64,000 nt of DNA from a bacterium. Lineage in GTDB: Bacteria; UBA8248. The position numbers and the translations under genes were made by a program. A model generated the notes under the pieces. That model was not told where the DNA came from, made no database searches, and was given only the letters and a program-made list of their open reading frames with translations. Positions 41,114 through 50,325 of this stretch are shown piece after piece; the first letter of the stretch is position 1, and every line of letters starts with the position of its first letter. The stretch is from the NCBI GenBank assembly GCA_965221165.1, contig CBDCRP010000002.1:224001-288000 (forward strand), given 5' to 3'.

Positions 41114-42241
41114 TTAAAACCGCTGTTCATTCCAGGCCTCATCCAGTTCCCAGGAGGGGTCCGCATCCATATCCGCAAAGTCCATGAATTGCCCGCGCCC
41201 GCGCTCTATCAGCTTGAAGCCGCCGGCGCAGGCGATCATCGCGGCGTTGTCGGTGCAGTATTTGCGCGCCGGGAAATGGAGCGACCACCCTTCTTTTTTC
41301 GCCCTTTCTCCCAATTGCGCGCGCAGATACGAATTCGCGGCCACGCCCCCGCTCACGGAGACGGCGGATAGTTTTTCCCGGCGAACCACCCCGCTCACCT
41401 TCTCCACCAGAACCGCCACCGCCGCTTCCTGAAAACCCGCAGCCACCGCGCACGCCACCTCTTCTGGAACTTCCTGGGGACGCGCCCAGGGGGGAAGGTC
41501 GCGATCGCTCAGATACAGGCCTCTTTTTTTCTGGTAGTTTAACACAGCCGTTTTCAAACCACTAAAGCTAAAAGCATAAGGTCTGTCTTCAAGAAATGGC
41601 CGGGGGAATTCGACGGGGTCCGAATTGCTCCCGTTCCCCTCCAAAAATCGCGCATGCAGCCGATCGACGATGGGACCGCCCGGGTAGCCCAACCCCATGA
41701 TGGCCGCCACCTTGTCATACGCCTCGCCCAGGGCGTCGTCCAGCGTGCCTCCCAAATGCGTCACCTCGCCGTGCCCGTCCACGCGATAAAAATCCGTATG
41801 CCCTCCCGAGACCACGAACCCCAGGTGAGGAAACGGAGGCGGAGCGTCGCCCTCGTTTCCGGTAGGCAGAAAAAGAGAGTGGATGTGCCCGTCGAGATGG
41901 TGCACGCCGATGAGCGGAACACCCAGGCTCCATGCCAACCCCTTCGCGGCGGACAAACCCACGAGCAGGGCCACCACCAGGCCCGGGCCGCGCGTGACCG
42001 CCACGGCTTCTATCTGCTTCGTGGAAACGGATGCTTCCTCCAGAGCCGCCTTCAGGACGGGGGAGATCATCTCCACGTGCCGGCGCGCCGCGAGTTCCGG
42101 GACCACGCCGCCGAACCGCGCATGGATATCATGCTGTGAGGCCACGACGTTGGATAAGACTTCAGGCGCAGAATCTTCCGAGAACTCCAGCACGGACGCC
42201 GCCGTCTCGTCGCAACTCGTCTCCACGCCCAGAATATACAC
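41114..42241 (-). CDS. tsaD: tRNA N6-adenosine threonylcarbamoyltransferase
   Basis: GVETSCDET, GGVVPELAARRH, HHLDGH, FSFSGLKT and CTDNAAMIA motifs; GTG start after GAGGAG. Confidence 0.97.
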   Translation of the reverse strand: MYILGVETSCDETAASVLEFSEDSAPEVLSNVVASQHDIHARFGGVVPELAARRHVEMISPVLKAALEEASVSTKQIEAVAVTRGPGLVVALLVGLSAAKGLAWSLGVPLIGVHHLDGHIHSLFLPTGNEGDAPPPFPHLGFVVSGGHTDFYRVDGHGEVTHLGGTLDDALGEAYDKVAAIMGLGYPGGPIVDRLHARFLEGNGSNSDPVEFPRPFLEDRPYAFSFSGLKTAVLNYQKKRGLYLSDRDLPPWARPQEVPEEVACAVAAGFQEAAVAVLVEKVSGVVRREKLSAVSVSGGVAANSYLRAQLGERAKKEGWSLHFPARKYCTDNAAMIACAGGFKLIERGRGQFMDFADMDADPSWELDEAWNEQRF

Positions 42242-42431
42242 TCCGATACTCCTCGGTTTGCGCAAACCTCATCAAGCCCTGGTTCAAGGGGATACGGGAA
42301 TTTTCGCGGCGAATCAACGCCCATCCGCGCGCGGGCCCGATTTTCCGGCCCATCATCGGCCAAAACGACGGTTTGGGAAAGATGGGGGAGCGAAAATTGC
42401 GGGGTCTGCGGGCGGTGATTCGCTCGAAGGC

Positions 42432-42512
42432 GGAGGGACAGGCCCGTGTGCCCGCCCGTAAAAACGGCGGGTCGCATGTATGTGGCGCTCCCAAGAAGGG
42501 AGAGCCACCTAC
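42432..42512. repeat. Two GTAG-type REP-like palindromes
   Basis: GGAGGGACAGGCCCGTGTGCCCGCCC, and the hairpin GTATGTGGCGCTCCC-AAGAA-GGGAGAGCCACCTAC. Confidence 0.55.
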
Positions 42513-42619
42513 AACAAAACCTTGGACGGCGGCGGTTCCGTAGGGGACGAGCCCCTTCTCGGGGAAGTCCCATGCATACATGCGGCCCGTGTGATCGTGA
42601 AAGCGAATGATGGTTTTAA

Positions 42620-42776
42620 TCGTCATTCCGGCGCATGCCGGAATCCATGTGTTTTGCCTTTTTTTTTATTTTCTGATTGATTCCCGCCAATGACGAGGAG
42701 ATGAAAAGCCGGAGTATTGCCATTCCACTCGGAAATGGATTCCGGCTTTCGCCGGAATGACAGCAGTGGTCAATTC
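42620..42776. repeat. CGTC-type REP doublet, copy 2 (inverted relative to copy 1)
   Basis: Reverse complement matches 26173-26354 almost base for base, apart from the loop of the second palindrome. Confidence 0.9.
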
Positions 42777-42790
42777 TTAGCGGGGAGGGC

Positions 42791-42960
42791 TTTTTCAACA
42801 ACCCCGATGAGGGAGGGTTTGCTTAGGGCGAAAAATACAGCCGCCATTTTTCGCTCCTCGCCCAGAATAATTCCTCCCTCTTCAGTCGGAATTCACCTCC
42901 CCACCGGTTCGCTTGCGGGCTTGCGCCCTTACCTCACCGACTCCCCCTCAAGGGGGGAGC
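42791..42960. repeat. TIR-like end plus CTCCCCCCTTGAGGG-family module
   Basis: TTTTTCAACAACCCCGA at 42791-42807; 42869-42960 is an inverted relative of 26063-26177. Confidence 0.75.
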
Positions 42961-43405
42961 GCTCCGAAAGGTGCGTTTTTTCTAGGTTCCTGCTGTTATT
43001 CCGCTTCCCAAACAAAGCAAGGCAACGTGTGGAAAGCGACCTGACCACTCTCATAGCAATGATGCGGAAGAAGAAATCTCGAATAATCCCGCCAAAGGTG
43101 ATAATCCTTCCGATGATCTCGGTCACCTTATAGATGGCGGAGTGAGTATGGGGGCTTTGGAAGCTGCGGATTTCCTCAGCAACCTCGGCAAAAGACATCT
43201 CCGTGAAGAGCAAGTCCTCGTTCGAGAGTAGAATTTTAGCACGCCCTTCCAATCCATTTTCTCCGATTACTCTCACAATCTGGGAAACCTGCACCATCAT
43301 GCATCCACCTTCCGATATACTGCCAACCAGCCACCCTGGGAGCGCGATTTTGTTCAGTTCTTTAGAATCCGTTTCAGCTATTTCGTCCCAATAGGTTTGT
43401 TTCAT
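42929..43405 (-). CDS. Hypothetical protein (158 aa)
   Basis: ATG with AAGGAG SD and no competing gene; no family recognised; stop codon lies inside a repeat. Confidence 0.55.
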   Translation of the reverse strand: MKQTYWDEIAETDSKELNKIALPGWLVGSISEGGCMMVQVSQIVRVIGENGLEGRAKILLSNEDLLFTEMSFAEVAEEIRSFQSPHTHSAIYKVTEIIGRIITFGGIIRDFFFRIIAMRVVRSLSTRCLALFGKRNNSRNLEKTHLSERSPLEGESVR

Positions 43406-43536
43406 GATGTTTCTCTCCTTGATACGATGAATGCAGGGAATCGAAACATGCTCGCATGAAGGCCACGAAACCTTCCGGCAGTATGTCTTGCCAATTCACC
43501 ATATCTGGATGATACGAAGGGCGGATGCATGAAAAA

Positions 43537-43578
43537 CGGGCGGACACAGGGGTGGCGGACATATATGTCTGACCCTAC
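43537..43578 (-). repeat. GTAG-type REP-like palindrome
   Basis: Minus strand GTAGGGTCAGACATATATGTCCGCCACCCCTGTGTCCGCCCG. Confidence 0.5.
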
Positions 43579-43632
43579 GGTACAAAATGCGGGTGATTAT
43601 ATATCCCCTCCCGCGCCTCGTTCCTCCCGGGC

Positions 43633-44949
43633 CTAGGCGCCCATCTTCTTCTTGAAAAACGAATCCTTGAGATACTGCACGGCGCGCTCGAGCTGGGTGT
43701 CCTTCCTCTCCCCGGCGGGGCTCTGCGCCGCGCCGGCTTGAGCGCCGCCCGGGGCGTCTTCGGTTTTCTCCCCTTTTTTCTCCGACTCGCCGGGCAGGTG
43801 ACCGGGAAGGTCCTTCTCGCGCACCACGCGCCGCTCGTCGGGATTTCTCTTGATTTCGCTGACGATGTCGGGCTCGATCCCCTCGCCCTGAATGAGCTTT
43901 CCCTTCGGGGTGAAATAGAGCGCCGTGGTCAACCTCAGCCCGGAGCCGTCCGAGAGCGGAATCACGGTCTGCACCGAACCCTTGCCGAACGTCTTGACGC
44001 CGATGAGCTTGGCTCTCTTCAAATCCTGGAGCGCGCCCGCCACGATTTCAGACGCGCTGGCGCTCCCTGCGTTCACGAGGATCGCCATGGGAATCTCGCC
44101 GCCTTGCGCCCGGGAGGTGGAGGTAAAGCGATGCTCCTGGCCCGATATGCGGCCCTTGGTGTAGACGATCAGGCTGCCCGCTTTCAGGAATACGTCGGAT
44201 ACCGAAACCGCCTGGGAGAGAAGCCCGCCCGGGTTGTTCCTCAAATCCAGCACGAGGGCCTTGGCCCCCTCCCCTTGAAGCGAGGACAAGGCGTCCTTCA
44301 CCTCTTTGCCCGTCTCGCTCTGGAAAGTGTTAATCCTTATGTACCCGATTTCATCCGGCAGCATCCGGCTTTTCACGCTCTTGATGCGAATGACCCGGCG
44401 CGTAATCGTGAAGTCGATCGGCTTCTTCTCCCCTTTTCGCACCACCGTGATATTCACTTTGCTGCCGGGCTTGCCCCGTAGTTTCTTGACGATCTCCTGG
44501 AGCGGGACGCCCTTCGTCAGTTCCTTCTCGATGCGAACGATTTGATCGCCCGCCTGTACGCCCGCCTCGTAGGCCGGGGTATCCTCGATGGGCGCCACCA
44601 CGGTGAGCACGCCGTTTCGAATCGAAATCTCCACGCCCAGACCGCCGAAGCGACCCGTGGTTTCCACCTGCATTTCCTTGAAATATTCCGGATTCAGATA
44701 GCTCGTATGGGGGTCCAGCGTGCGGAGCATTCCCTGGATGGCGCCGCGAATCAATTTCCTGGCGTCCACCTTGTTGACGTAATTCTCCTCCACCAGGCTC
44801 AAGACCTCGCTGAAAGCCCTGAGCTCCGAGTACGCGCTCGTTTCGCTCGCAGCCAGATTCGAGACGGGACTCATGGCGAGCCCCGCAACGAGCAAGCCCA
44901 AAACGCCCACCCAAATCAGCCACCCGGACAAACGATATTTTCTCAACAT
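43633..44949 (-). CDS. ctpA: Carboxyl-terminal processing protease (S41)
   Basis: LDPHT, PDZ GGLG, DLRNNPGG, SASASEIVAGALQD and FGKGSVQ motifs; start moved to ATG at 44949. Confidence 0.93.
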   Translation of the reverse strand: MLRKYRLSGWLIWVGVLGLLVAGLAMSPVSNLAASETSAYSELRAFSEVLSLVEENYVNKVDARKLIRGAIQGMLRTLDPHTSYLNPEYFKEMQVETTGRFGGLGVEISIRNGVLTVVAPIEDTPAYEAGVQAGDQIVRIEKELTKGVPLQEIVKKLRGKPGSKVNITVVRKGEKKPIDFTITRRVIRIKSVKSRMLPDEIGYIRINTFQSETGKEVKDALSSLQGEGAKALVLDLRNNPGGLLSQAVSVSDVFLKAGSLIVYTKGRISGQEHRFTSTSRAQGGEIPMAILVNAGSASASEIVAGALQDLKRAKLIGVKTFGKGSVQTVIPLSDGSGLRLTTALYFTPKGKLIQGEGIEPDIVSEIKRNPDERRVVREKDLPGHLPGESEKKGEKTEDAPGGAQAGAAQSPAGERKDTQLERAVQYLKDSFFKKKMGA

Positions 44950-45080
44950 ATCTCCATCCTCGTAAGTGCAGCCCAAAAGGGTAATTTTACTGCACTGCCG
45001 CATAGAAAGCCACACCGCGCGAGACCCGGATTACCGCAATCGGCCAACCCGGGACACGCGCGCACCGGGGGTATTCCCAA

Positions 45081-45165
45081 TCTGAAAAAAAAGAGAAAAA
45101 AGAGGAAAATAGGTGAAAATATCTGAAAATAAGTGAAAATTTAACCTGTTGATATCATTATGGTT
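45081..45165. promoter_or_regulatory. 10-bp tandem GAAAA(T) array plus IHF-consensus site
   Basis: Six decamers (consensus AnnnGAAAAT), followed by TATCAACAGGTTA on the minus strand at 45142-45154, matching WATCARNNNNTTR. Confidence 0.6.
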
Positions 45166-45234
45166 ATACGGGATTTTCCTCTACCGGAGGGGGGTAGGGG
45201 GGGTGGCGTCCCGCGCGGCATCCGGGAGATGCAA

Positions 45235-47238
45235 CTACGAGCCGAGGATGCCTTTCGTCTGCGCCACGATATTCTCGGAAGTGAGGCCGAAGTGCGTATA
45301 TATTTCTTTATAAGGGGCACTGGCGCCGAAATGATCCAGCCCGATGATGACGCCATGATCTCCCACCCATTCACGCCAACCCATGGTGGCGCCCGCCTCG
45401 ATCGCCACCCTCGCCTTCACCTGCGCCGGAAGGACGGAATCCCGATAGGAACGAGGCTGTTCCCTGAAAAGCTCCCAACTCGGCATGCTCACGACGCGGG
45501 CGTCGACTCCGTCCATCGCCAATGCGTTTTTTGCTTCCATGGCAAGCTCCACCTCGGAGCCCGTGGCGATCAATATGGCTTGGGGGGAATTCCCTCTCTC
45601 CGGCGAGATGACATAGGCCCCTCGCGCCAGCGCATCCGCTTCGTTCTCCTTGGAACGCTCCACGACGGGCAAACCCTGACGGGTCAACACGAGTATGGTC
45701 GGGCCTTCTAAGCGCTCAATCGCCACTCGCCAAGCCGCGGCGGTTTCGTTTGCATCGCACGGACGAATGATGGTGAGACCCGGCATGGCGCGCAACGATG
45801 CGAGGTGCTCAATGGGTTGGTGCGTAGGACCATCCTCGCCCAAGCCAATAGAGTCGTGCGTCATCAGGTAGATGACGGGCAGTTCCATCAGCGCCGCGAG
45901 GCGTATCGCCGGCCGGGCATAATCGGTAAACGTGAAAAAAGTGGCCGCATATGGACGAACGCCCCCATGCAAGGCCATCCCCGAGCAAGCGGCCCCCATT
46001 GCGTGTTCTCTGATTCCCCAATGAATGTTGCGGTTGGCGTAATCTCCCCTGGCGAAATTCCCCGATTCTTTGAGCAAAGAGTTGTTGGAAGCCGCCAAGT
46101 CCGCGCTCCCGCCCATGAGCCAGGGTATGGCGGATGCGATTTCATTCAATACCTTGCCAGACGCCGCGCGCGTGGCGAGCGCCCCGCCATCGTCGTCAAA
46201 CCGGGGGATCCCGCTTTCCCAGCCGGTAGGCGGCTTACCCTCAAGCGCTTTTTGAAATTTCGCGGCCAACTCCGGATTCTCTGATCGATATTCCGCAAAC
46301 CGACGATTCCAATCCTCCTCAAGCGCAACACCGCGAGAAACCAGCGCTCCCATGTGGGCAGACACATCATGGGGCACCAGAAATGTTTCGCCCTCGGGCC
46401 AACCATAGTTTCTTTTCGTGGCTTCGATTTCTTCATCCCCCAAGGGGGCGCCATGCGCGCGCGCAGTATCCTGATATCGAGGCGAACCATATCCAATGTG
46501 CGAGCGAACGACGATTAAAGATGGTCGTTCGGTCTCCGCCTTCGCCAGATTAAGCGCACCTGAAATACTGGATAAATCCTCCGCGCTATCACCGAGATCC
46601 TGCACATGCCAGTTGTAACCCTCAAAACGCTTCACCACATCATCGGAATAACTCAACGACGTTTCGCCATCGATGGTAATGCGGTTGTCATCATAGACAC
46701 ATATCAATTTGCCCAGACCCAGATGCCCTGCCAGGGATGCAGCTTCATGAGAGGCTCCCTCCATGATATCGCCATCGCTCATGAACACGTAGGTATGGTG
46801 GTCTACGATCGTGTGGTCTTGCCGATTGAAAACGCTCGCCAGATGCGCCTCCGCCATCGCCATCCCCACCGCATTCATGAACCCTTGTCCAAGCGGACCC
46901 GTGGTGGTCTCGACTCCTGGCGTAAGGCCATGTTCGGGATGCCCCGGGGTTTTACTCCCCCATTGACGAAAGCGGACGATCTCATCGAGCGACAGTTCAT
47001 AGCCGGTCAGATGAAGCACCGCGTACAGAAGCATAGAAGCATGGCCACACGAGAGCACGAAACGGTCTCGGTCAAACCAGTTCGGATTTTGGGGATTACA
47101 GCGCAGATGGTTCATCCACAACTCATACGCCAGTGGAGCCAAAGCCATGGGAGTGCCAGGATGGCCACTGTTCGCCTTTTGCACTGCATCCATCGAAAGT
47201 GTGCGTATGGTGTGAATGGATTGTTCGATAATGCTCAT
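45235..47238 (-). CDS. tkt: Transketolase
   Basis: [30 protein letters not shown] and GEDGPTHQP motifs; start moved to ATG at 47238. Confidence 0.98.
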   Translation of the reverse strand: MSIIEQSIHTIRTLSMDAVQKANSGHPGTPMALAPLAYELWMNHLRCNPQNPNWFDRDRFVLSCGHASMLLYAVLHLTGYELSLDEIVRFRQWGSKTPGHPEHGLTPGVETTTGPLGQGFMNAVGMAMAEAHLASVFNRQDHTIVDHHTYVFMSDGDIMEGASHEAASLAGHLGLGKLICVYDDNRITIDGETSLSYSDDVVKRFEGYNWHVQDLGDSAEDLSSISGALNLAKAETERPSLIVVRSHIGYGSPRYQDTARAHGAPLGDEEIEATKRNYGWPEGETFLVPHDVSAHMGALVSRGVALEEDWNRRFAEYRSENPELAAKFQKALEGKPPTGWESGIPRFDDDGGALATRAASGKVLNEIASAIPWLMGGSADLAASNNSLLKESGNFARGDYANRNIHWGIREHAMGAACSGMALHGGVRPYAATFFTFTDYARPAIRLAALMELPVIYLMTHDSIGLGEDGPTHQPIEHLASLRAMPGLTIIRPCDANETAAAWRVAIERLEGPTILVLTRQGLPVVERSKENEADALARGAYVISPERGNSPQAILIATGSEVELAMEAKNALAMDGVDARVVSMPSWELFREQPRSYRDSVLPAQVKARVAIEAGATMGWREWVGDHGVIIGLDHFGASAPYKEIYTHFGLTSENIVAQTKGILGS

Positions 47239-47389
47239 GTTGGAAAACTGCTTTTTCTCTCTCGATAATTGCGTCATGCCAAATACACTCACTTACTGGG
47301 TGGATAAACTGAAAAGCCGGACGCCAGACATCATCCAGCCATCACATACCGATGTTTCAAACAATCCATTCAATATGCATGAATGTGGG

Positions 47390-48667
47390 CTATACGTTCG
47401 TTTTGCGCCGCCGCAACGTTTCGAGCCAACCTTCCAGAGTATCCACGACTCTCTGGTCGGCAAGAGCCAGAACTGGAGTCGATTCGTCTTTACCTTCCTC
47501 CACGTCGTCACGCAACAGCAAAGCGGCTGATTCTTGCGCTTTTTGCTCAAGCAATGAAATCTCTTCCAAGAGCGAAAAAGATTCTTGCCCCAAGGTTCGC
47601 GCCTTTTGGCACATATCCAGCGCCTCGGCATTGTTTCCTTCTTGGATGTAGAGTTCGATCATCCTTATGAGAATGGAATCGACGACCTTTTTGTCAAGAA
47701 GATCTTCCTCTCCCAAACTGACACTGATCTCCCGCCCTTTCTGCTCAACCTCAGACACTTTATCAGTATGACTTGAGCCATCATCTCGGAGACCTTCGGC
47801 CTCGGGAGTCTCTGGCTCCTCATCCCTCAACGCTGTATCTGTTTCCTTTCGAGGTGGGTGAAGCAAGTCGGCGTCTGGTGTTTCCGCGCCGCCTTCGGGC
47901 TTTGACTCAACAGTGTCCTTTTCATCTGGTTCCACATTTTCGGGCACGATATCATTCACTTTTATCTCAGCGGGCGTTTCTCCCACCCCTTTGACTTCTC
48001 CTGCTATCAAATCGAGATTCTCTTCCATCTCGGGGTACCCCGTGCGCGCATCAACATCCGCTCCCTGCACCATTTGTTCCTGGATAGCGGCTAATCTAGC
48101 TTTCCATTCCGTGTTCGCGGGCTCAGACTCCACAAGCCGGAGGTAGATGTCTCGTGCCTTATCAAGGTGACCCTGGGTCATATAAAGCTCAGCAAGAGAG
48201 GGAGTGACCACAACATCCACTTCATCTTCAGAAACAACAACTGAAGCGCTATCAGCATCTGGATCGGACATTATGTTTTGGGCCGCCACTTCATCAGCCT
48301 CGAACATATTGGCTATCCCTAGCGCGTCCCGCATGGCTTCCTCATCTCCCTTTTTCCGATAACAATCGGCCAAAAGACGCTGCCCCACAATGTTCCAGGG
48401 AGTGATTTCCAGCGCTTTTTCGAGAAAGCGGGCTGCTTGTTCATGTTCATCTTTCGAGAGGAGTATTTCTCCAAGAAGAACACTTGCGGCTGCGTAGTTA
48501 GGATAGGTGGCGAGTCCACTTTTTAGGAGGTTTTCCGCACGGCCTACTTCGCCTCTCTCCCATAAAAGGGATGCCAAAGGGAAAAAAGCAGCCGAAGAAG
48601 GGTATTGTTCCAAACGCCCTTCCAAGGCTTTAATTCGGACTTCTGGGTTGTTTAGACGGCGTATCAT
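47390..48667 (-). CDS. TPR protein with acidic disordered linker
   Basis: N-terminal TPRs, TPSLAELYMTQGH..A..IY motif and C-terminal LEGWL helix. Confidence 0.8.
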   Translation of the reverse strand: MIRRLNNPEVRIKALEGRLEQYPSSAAFFPLASLLWERGEVGRAENLLKSGLATYPNYAAASVLLGEILLSKDEHEQAARFLEKALEITPWNIVGQRLLADCYRKKGDEEAMRDALGIANMFEADEVAAQNIMSDPDADSASVVVSEDEVDVVVTPSLAELYMTQGHLDKARDIYLRLVESEPANTEWKARLAAIQEQMVQGADVDARTGYPEMEENLDLIAGEVKGVGETPAEIKVNDIVPENVEPDEKDTVESKPEGGAETPDADLLHPPRKETDTALRDEEPETPEAEGLRDDGSSHTDKVSEVEQKGREISVSLGEEDLLDKKVVDSILIRMIELYIQEGNNAEALDMCQKARTLGQESFSLLEEISLLEQKAQESAALLLRDDVEEGKDESTPVLALADQRVVDTLEGWLETLRRRKTNV

Positions 48668-48797
48668 TGACCTATAATTCTCGGTGGGCAAATAAGGGCG
48701 CCTATACCTGCAAAAATAAATGCTAACAAAGGGTCCCCGACCTGACAAGGGCTCTATCATCCAAGCTCTTGTCTAGGAGTGAGTTATGGGTTCTCGT

Positions 48798-49232
48798 TTA
48801 TGATTCTGAATCAATGACGGCCATGGCGTTCACTTCGATGAGACATCGCGGATCTGTTGCCAGTTGAACCACTTGCACGGTAGTGGTGGTCGGTTTGTTC
48901 TCTCCAAAATACTCCGCCCACACACGATTCAGAGAATCCTGATCCGCTAGGTCTGTTACAAATCTATTGGCCGTAACGATATCTCCGAAGTCGCCACCAA
49001 CTGCCTCGAGACCTCTCTTCAAGTTCTCCAACGCCGCTCGTGACTGCCCCTCCATATCTCGGGGCATGGCATCGAATTCCTCCGGCCGATGCGGGTGATG
49101 ATGATATACGGGCGCTGCGGTTACTCCAGCCAGAAATACGAGACTGCCCCCCGTAACCTTGATCGCCGGAGCATAAGGCATCCAGACATCAGGGGCGTCG
49201 GGCCAATGCAAATGTTCAATTTTTTTGCCCAT
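48798..49232 (-). CDS. Rid (YjgF/YER057c/UK114) family protein
   Basis: Y.PA, VFLAG, Q...AL.NL, N.VW..YF..P and IEV..A pattern. Confidence 0.88.
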   Translation of the reverse strand: MGKKIEHLHWPDAPDVWMPYAPAIKVTGGSLVFLAGVTAAPVYHHHPHRPEEFDAMPRDMEGQSRAALENLKRGLEAVGGDFGDIVTANRFVTDLADQDSLNRVWAEYFGENKPTTTTVQVVQLATDPRCLIEVNAMAVIDSES

Positions 49233-49555
49233 TTTGATTTCCTTCCGATATTTTCAACAACCCAAATTTTGGATATTTCCATCAAGCCATGAAGGCGCTA
49301 TATCACTTTTCAAGCAACTCAGATGAAATATGAAAATAAGAAAATTTCTGATCCTCATTTTTGCGCTTCTGGGCTTATACCACATCATCACCGTACAGGG
49401 TGGTATCCACCTATCCTTCTCAAATATAACTTTCCAAAACACTCCTATTTCAATTTCGAGACGAGAAACGGTACGCTTTCTAAATATGTTTACCACCGCT
49501 AAAATCTACTCGATAATCATCGAAATTTTTCTCTCCTGCATACAAAGGATACCTT

Positions 49556-50320
49556 ATGTCTCTAAAACTGTTGGTGGATAAGCGCGTCATCATCACAGGG
49601 GCATCGACTGGCATCGGAGCCGCTATCGCCCACGAATACGCTAAGGCAGGCGCTCAGATATGGGGCACGGGCGGCAGCGACCCACAAGGGCTGCAAAACA
49701 TGCTCGATACATGTAAGAACCTTGGCGTACGCGCAGATGGAAAATGTTATGACCTATCTGAAGCCCGGCGCACTGTTCATCTGATTCGGGATGGAGTCGG
49801 ATTTCTGAACGGGCTTGATATTTTGGTCATTTGCGCAGGCACACGCGCTTTCAAGCCCATAGTTGAAATCACGGATGATGAGATTGACTTATTATTCGAA
49901 GTAAATGCGAAAGCCGCCTACATTGCATCTCGTGAAGCGGCAAAGGTGATGATTCCTCAAAAAAGTGGTTCCATCCTTATGATTGGCTCATCCGCCGGCC
50001 ATCGGGGCAGAGCCGATACCAGCCTTTATTCGGTGACTAAATCCGTACTCCACCATCTCACAAAATGCTTGGCACTAGAGTTGGGCCCTCGGGGGATCCG
50101 CGTAAATTGCCTGGCACCCGGTCTGGTCGCAAGCCCGCGCGTAAAAACCAGACTCGATGCGAAACCTGAATATCTTCAATCAAGACTAGAGGGCATACCT
50201 CTCAACCAACTCGGCACGGTCGGAAATATGGCGGCCACTGCTCTATTTATAGTTTCTCCTGAAAACGAATTCATGAATGGCTCGATTGTGCTTTCAGATG
50301 GTGGTGTCACAGCAGGGTAA
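49556..50320 (+). CDS. SDR family oxidoreductase
   Basis: TGASTGIG, YSVTK, GIRVNCLAPG and DGG motifs. Confidence 0.92.
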   Translation: MSLKLLVDKRVIITGASTGIGAAIAHEYAKAGAQIWGTGGSDPQGLQNMLDTCKNLGVRADGKCYDLSEARRTVHLIRDGVGFLNGLDILVICAGTRAFKPIVEITDDEIDLLFEVNAKAAYIASREAAKVMIPQKSGSILMIGSSAGHRGRADTSLYSVTKSVLHHLTKCLALELGPRGIRVNCLAPGLVASPRVKTRLDAKPEYLQSRLEGIPLNQLGTVGNMAATALFIVSPENEFMNGSIVLSDGGVTAG

Positions 50321-50325
50321 AAACC

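Noticed and set aside
45141-45170. dif site
   Set aside because: Only a partial XerD-arm resemblance and no XerC arm; the IHF consensus fits better.
49330-49581. 83-aa ORF with a signal-peptide-like start
   Set aside because: It lies in an AT-rich divergent promoter region, overlaps the SDR start, and has no clear SD or family; it cannot be supported.
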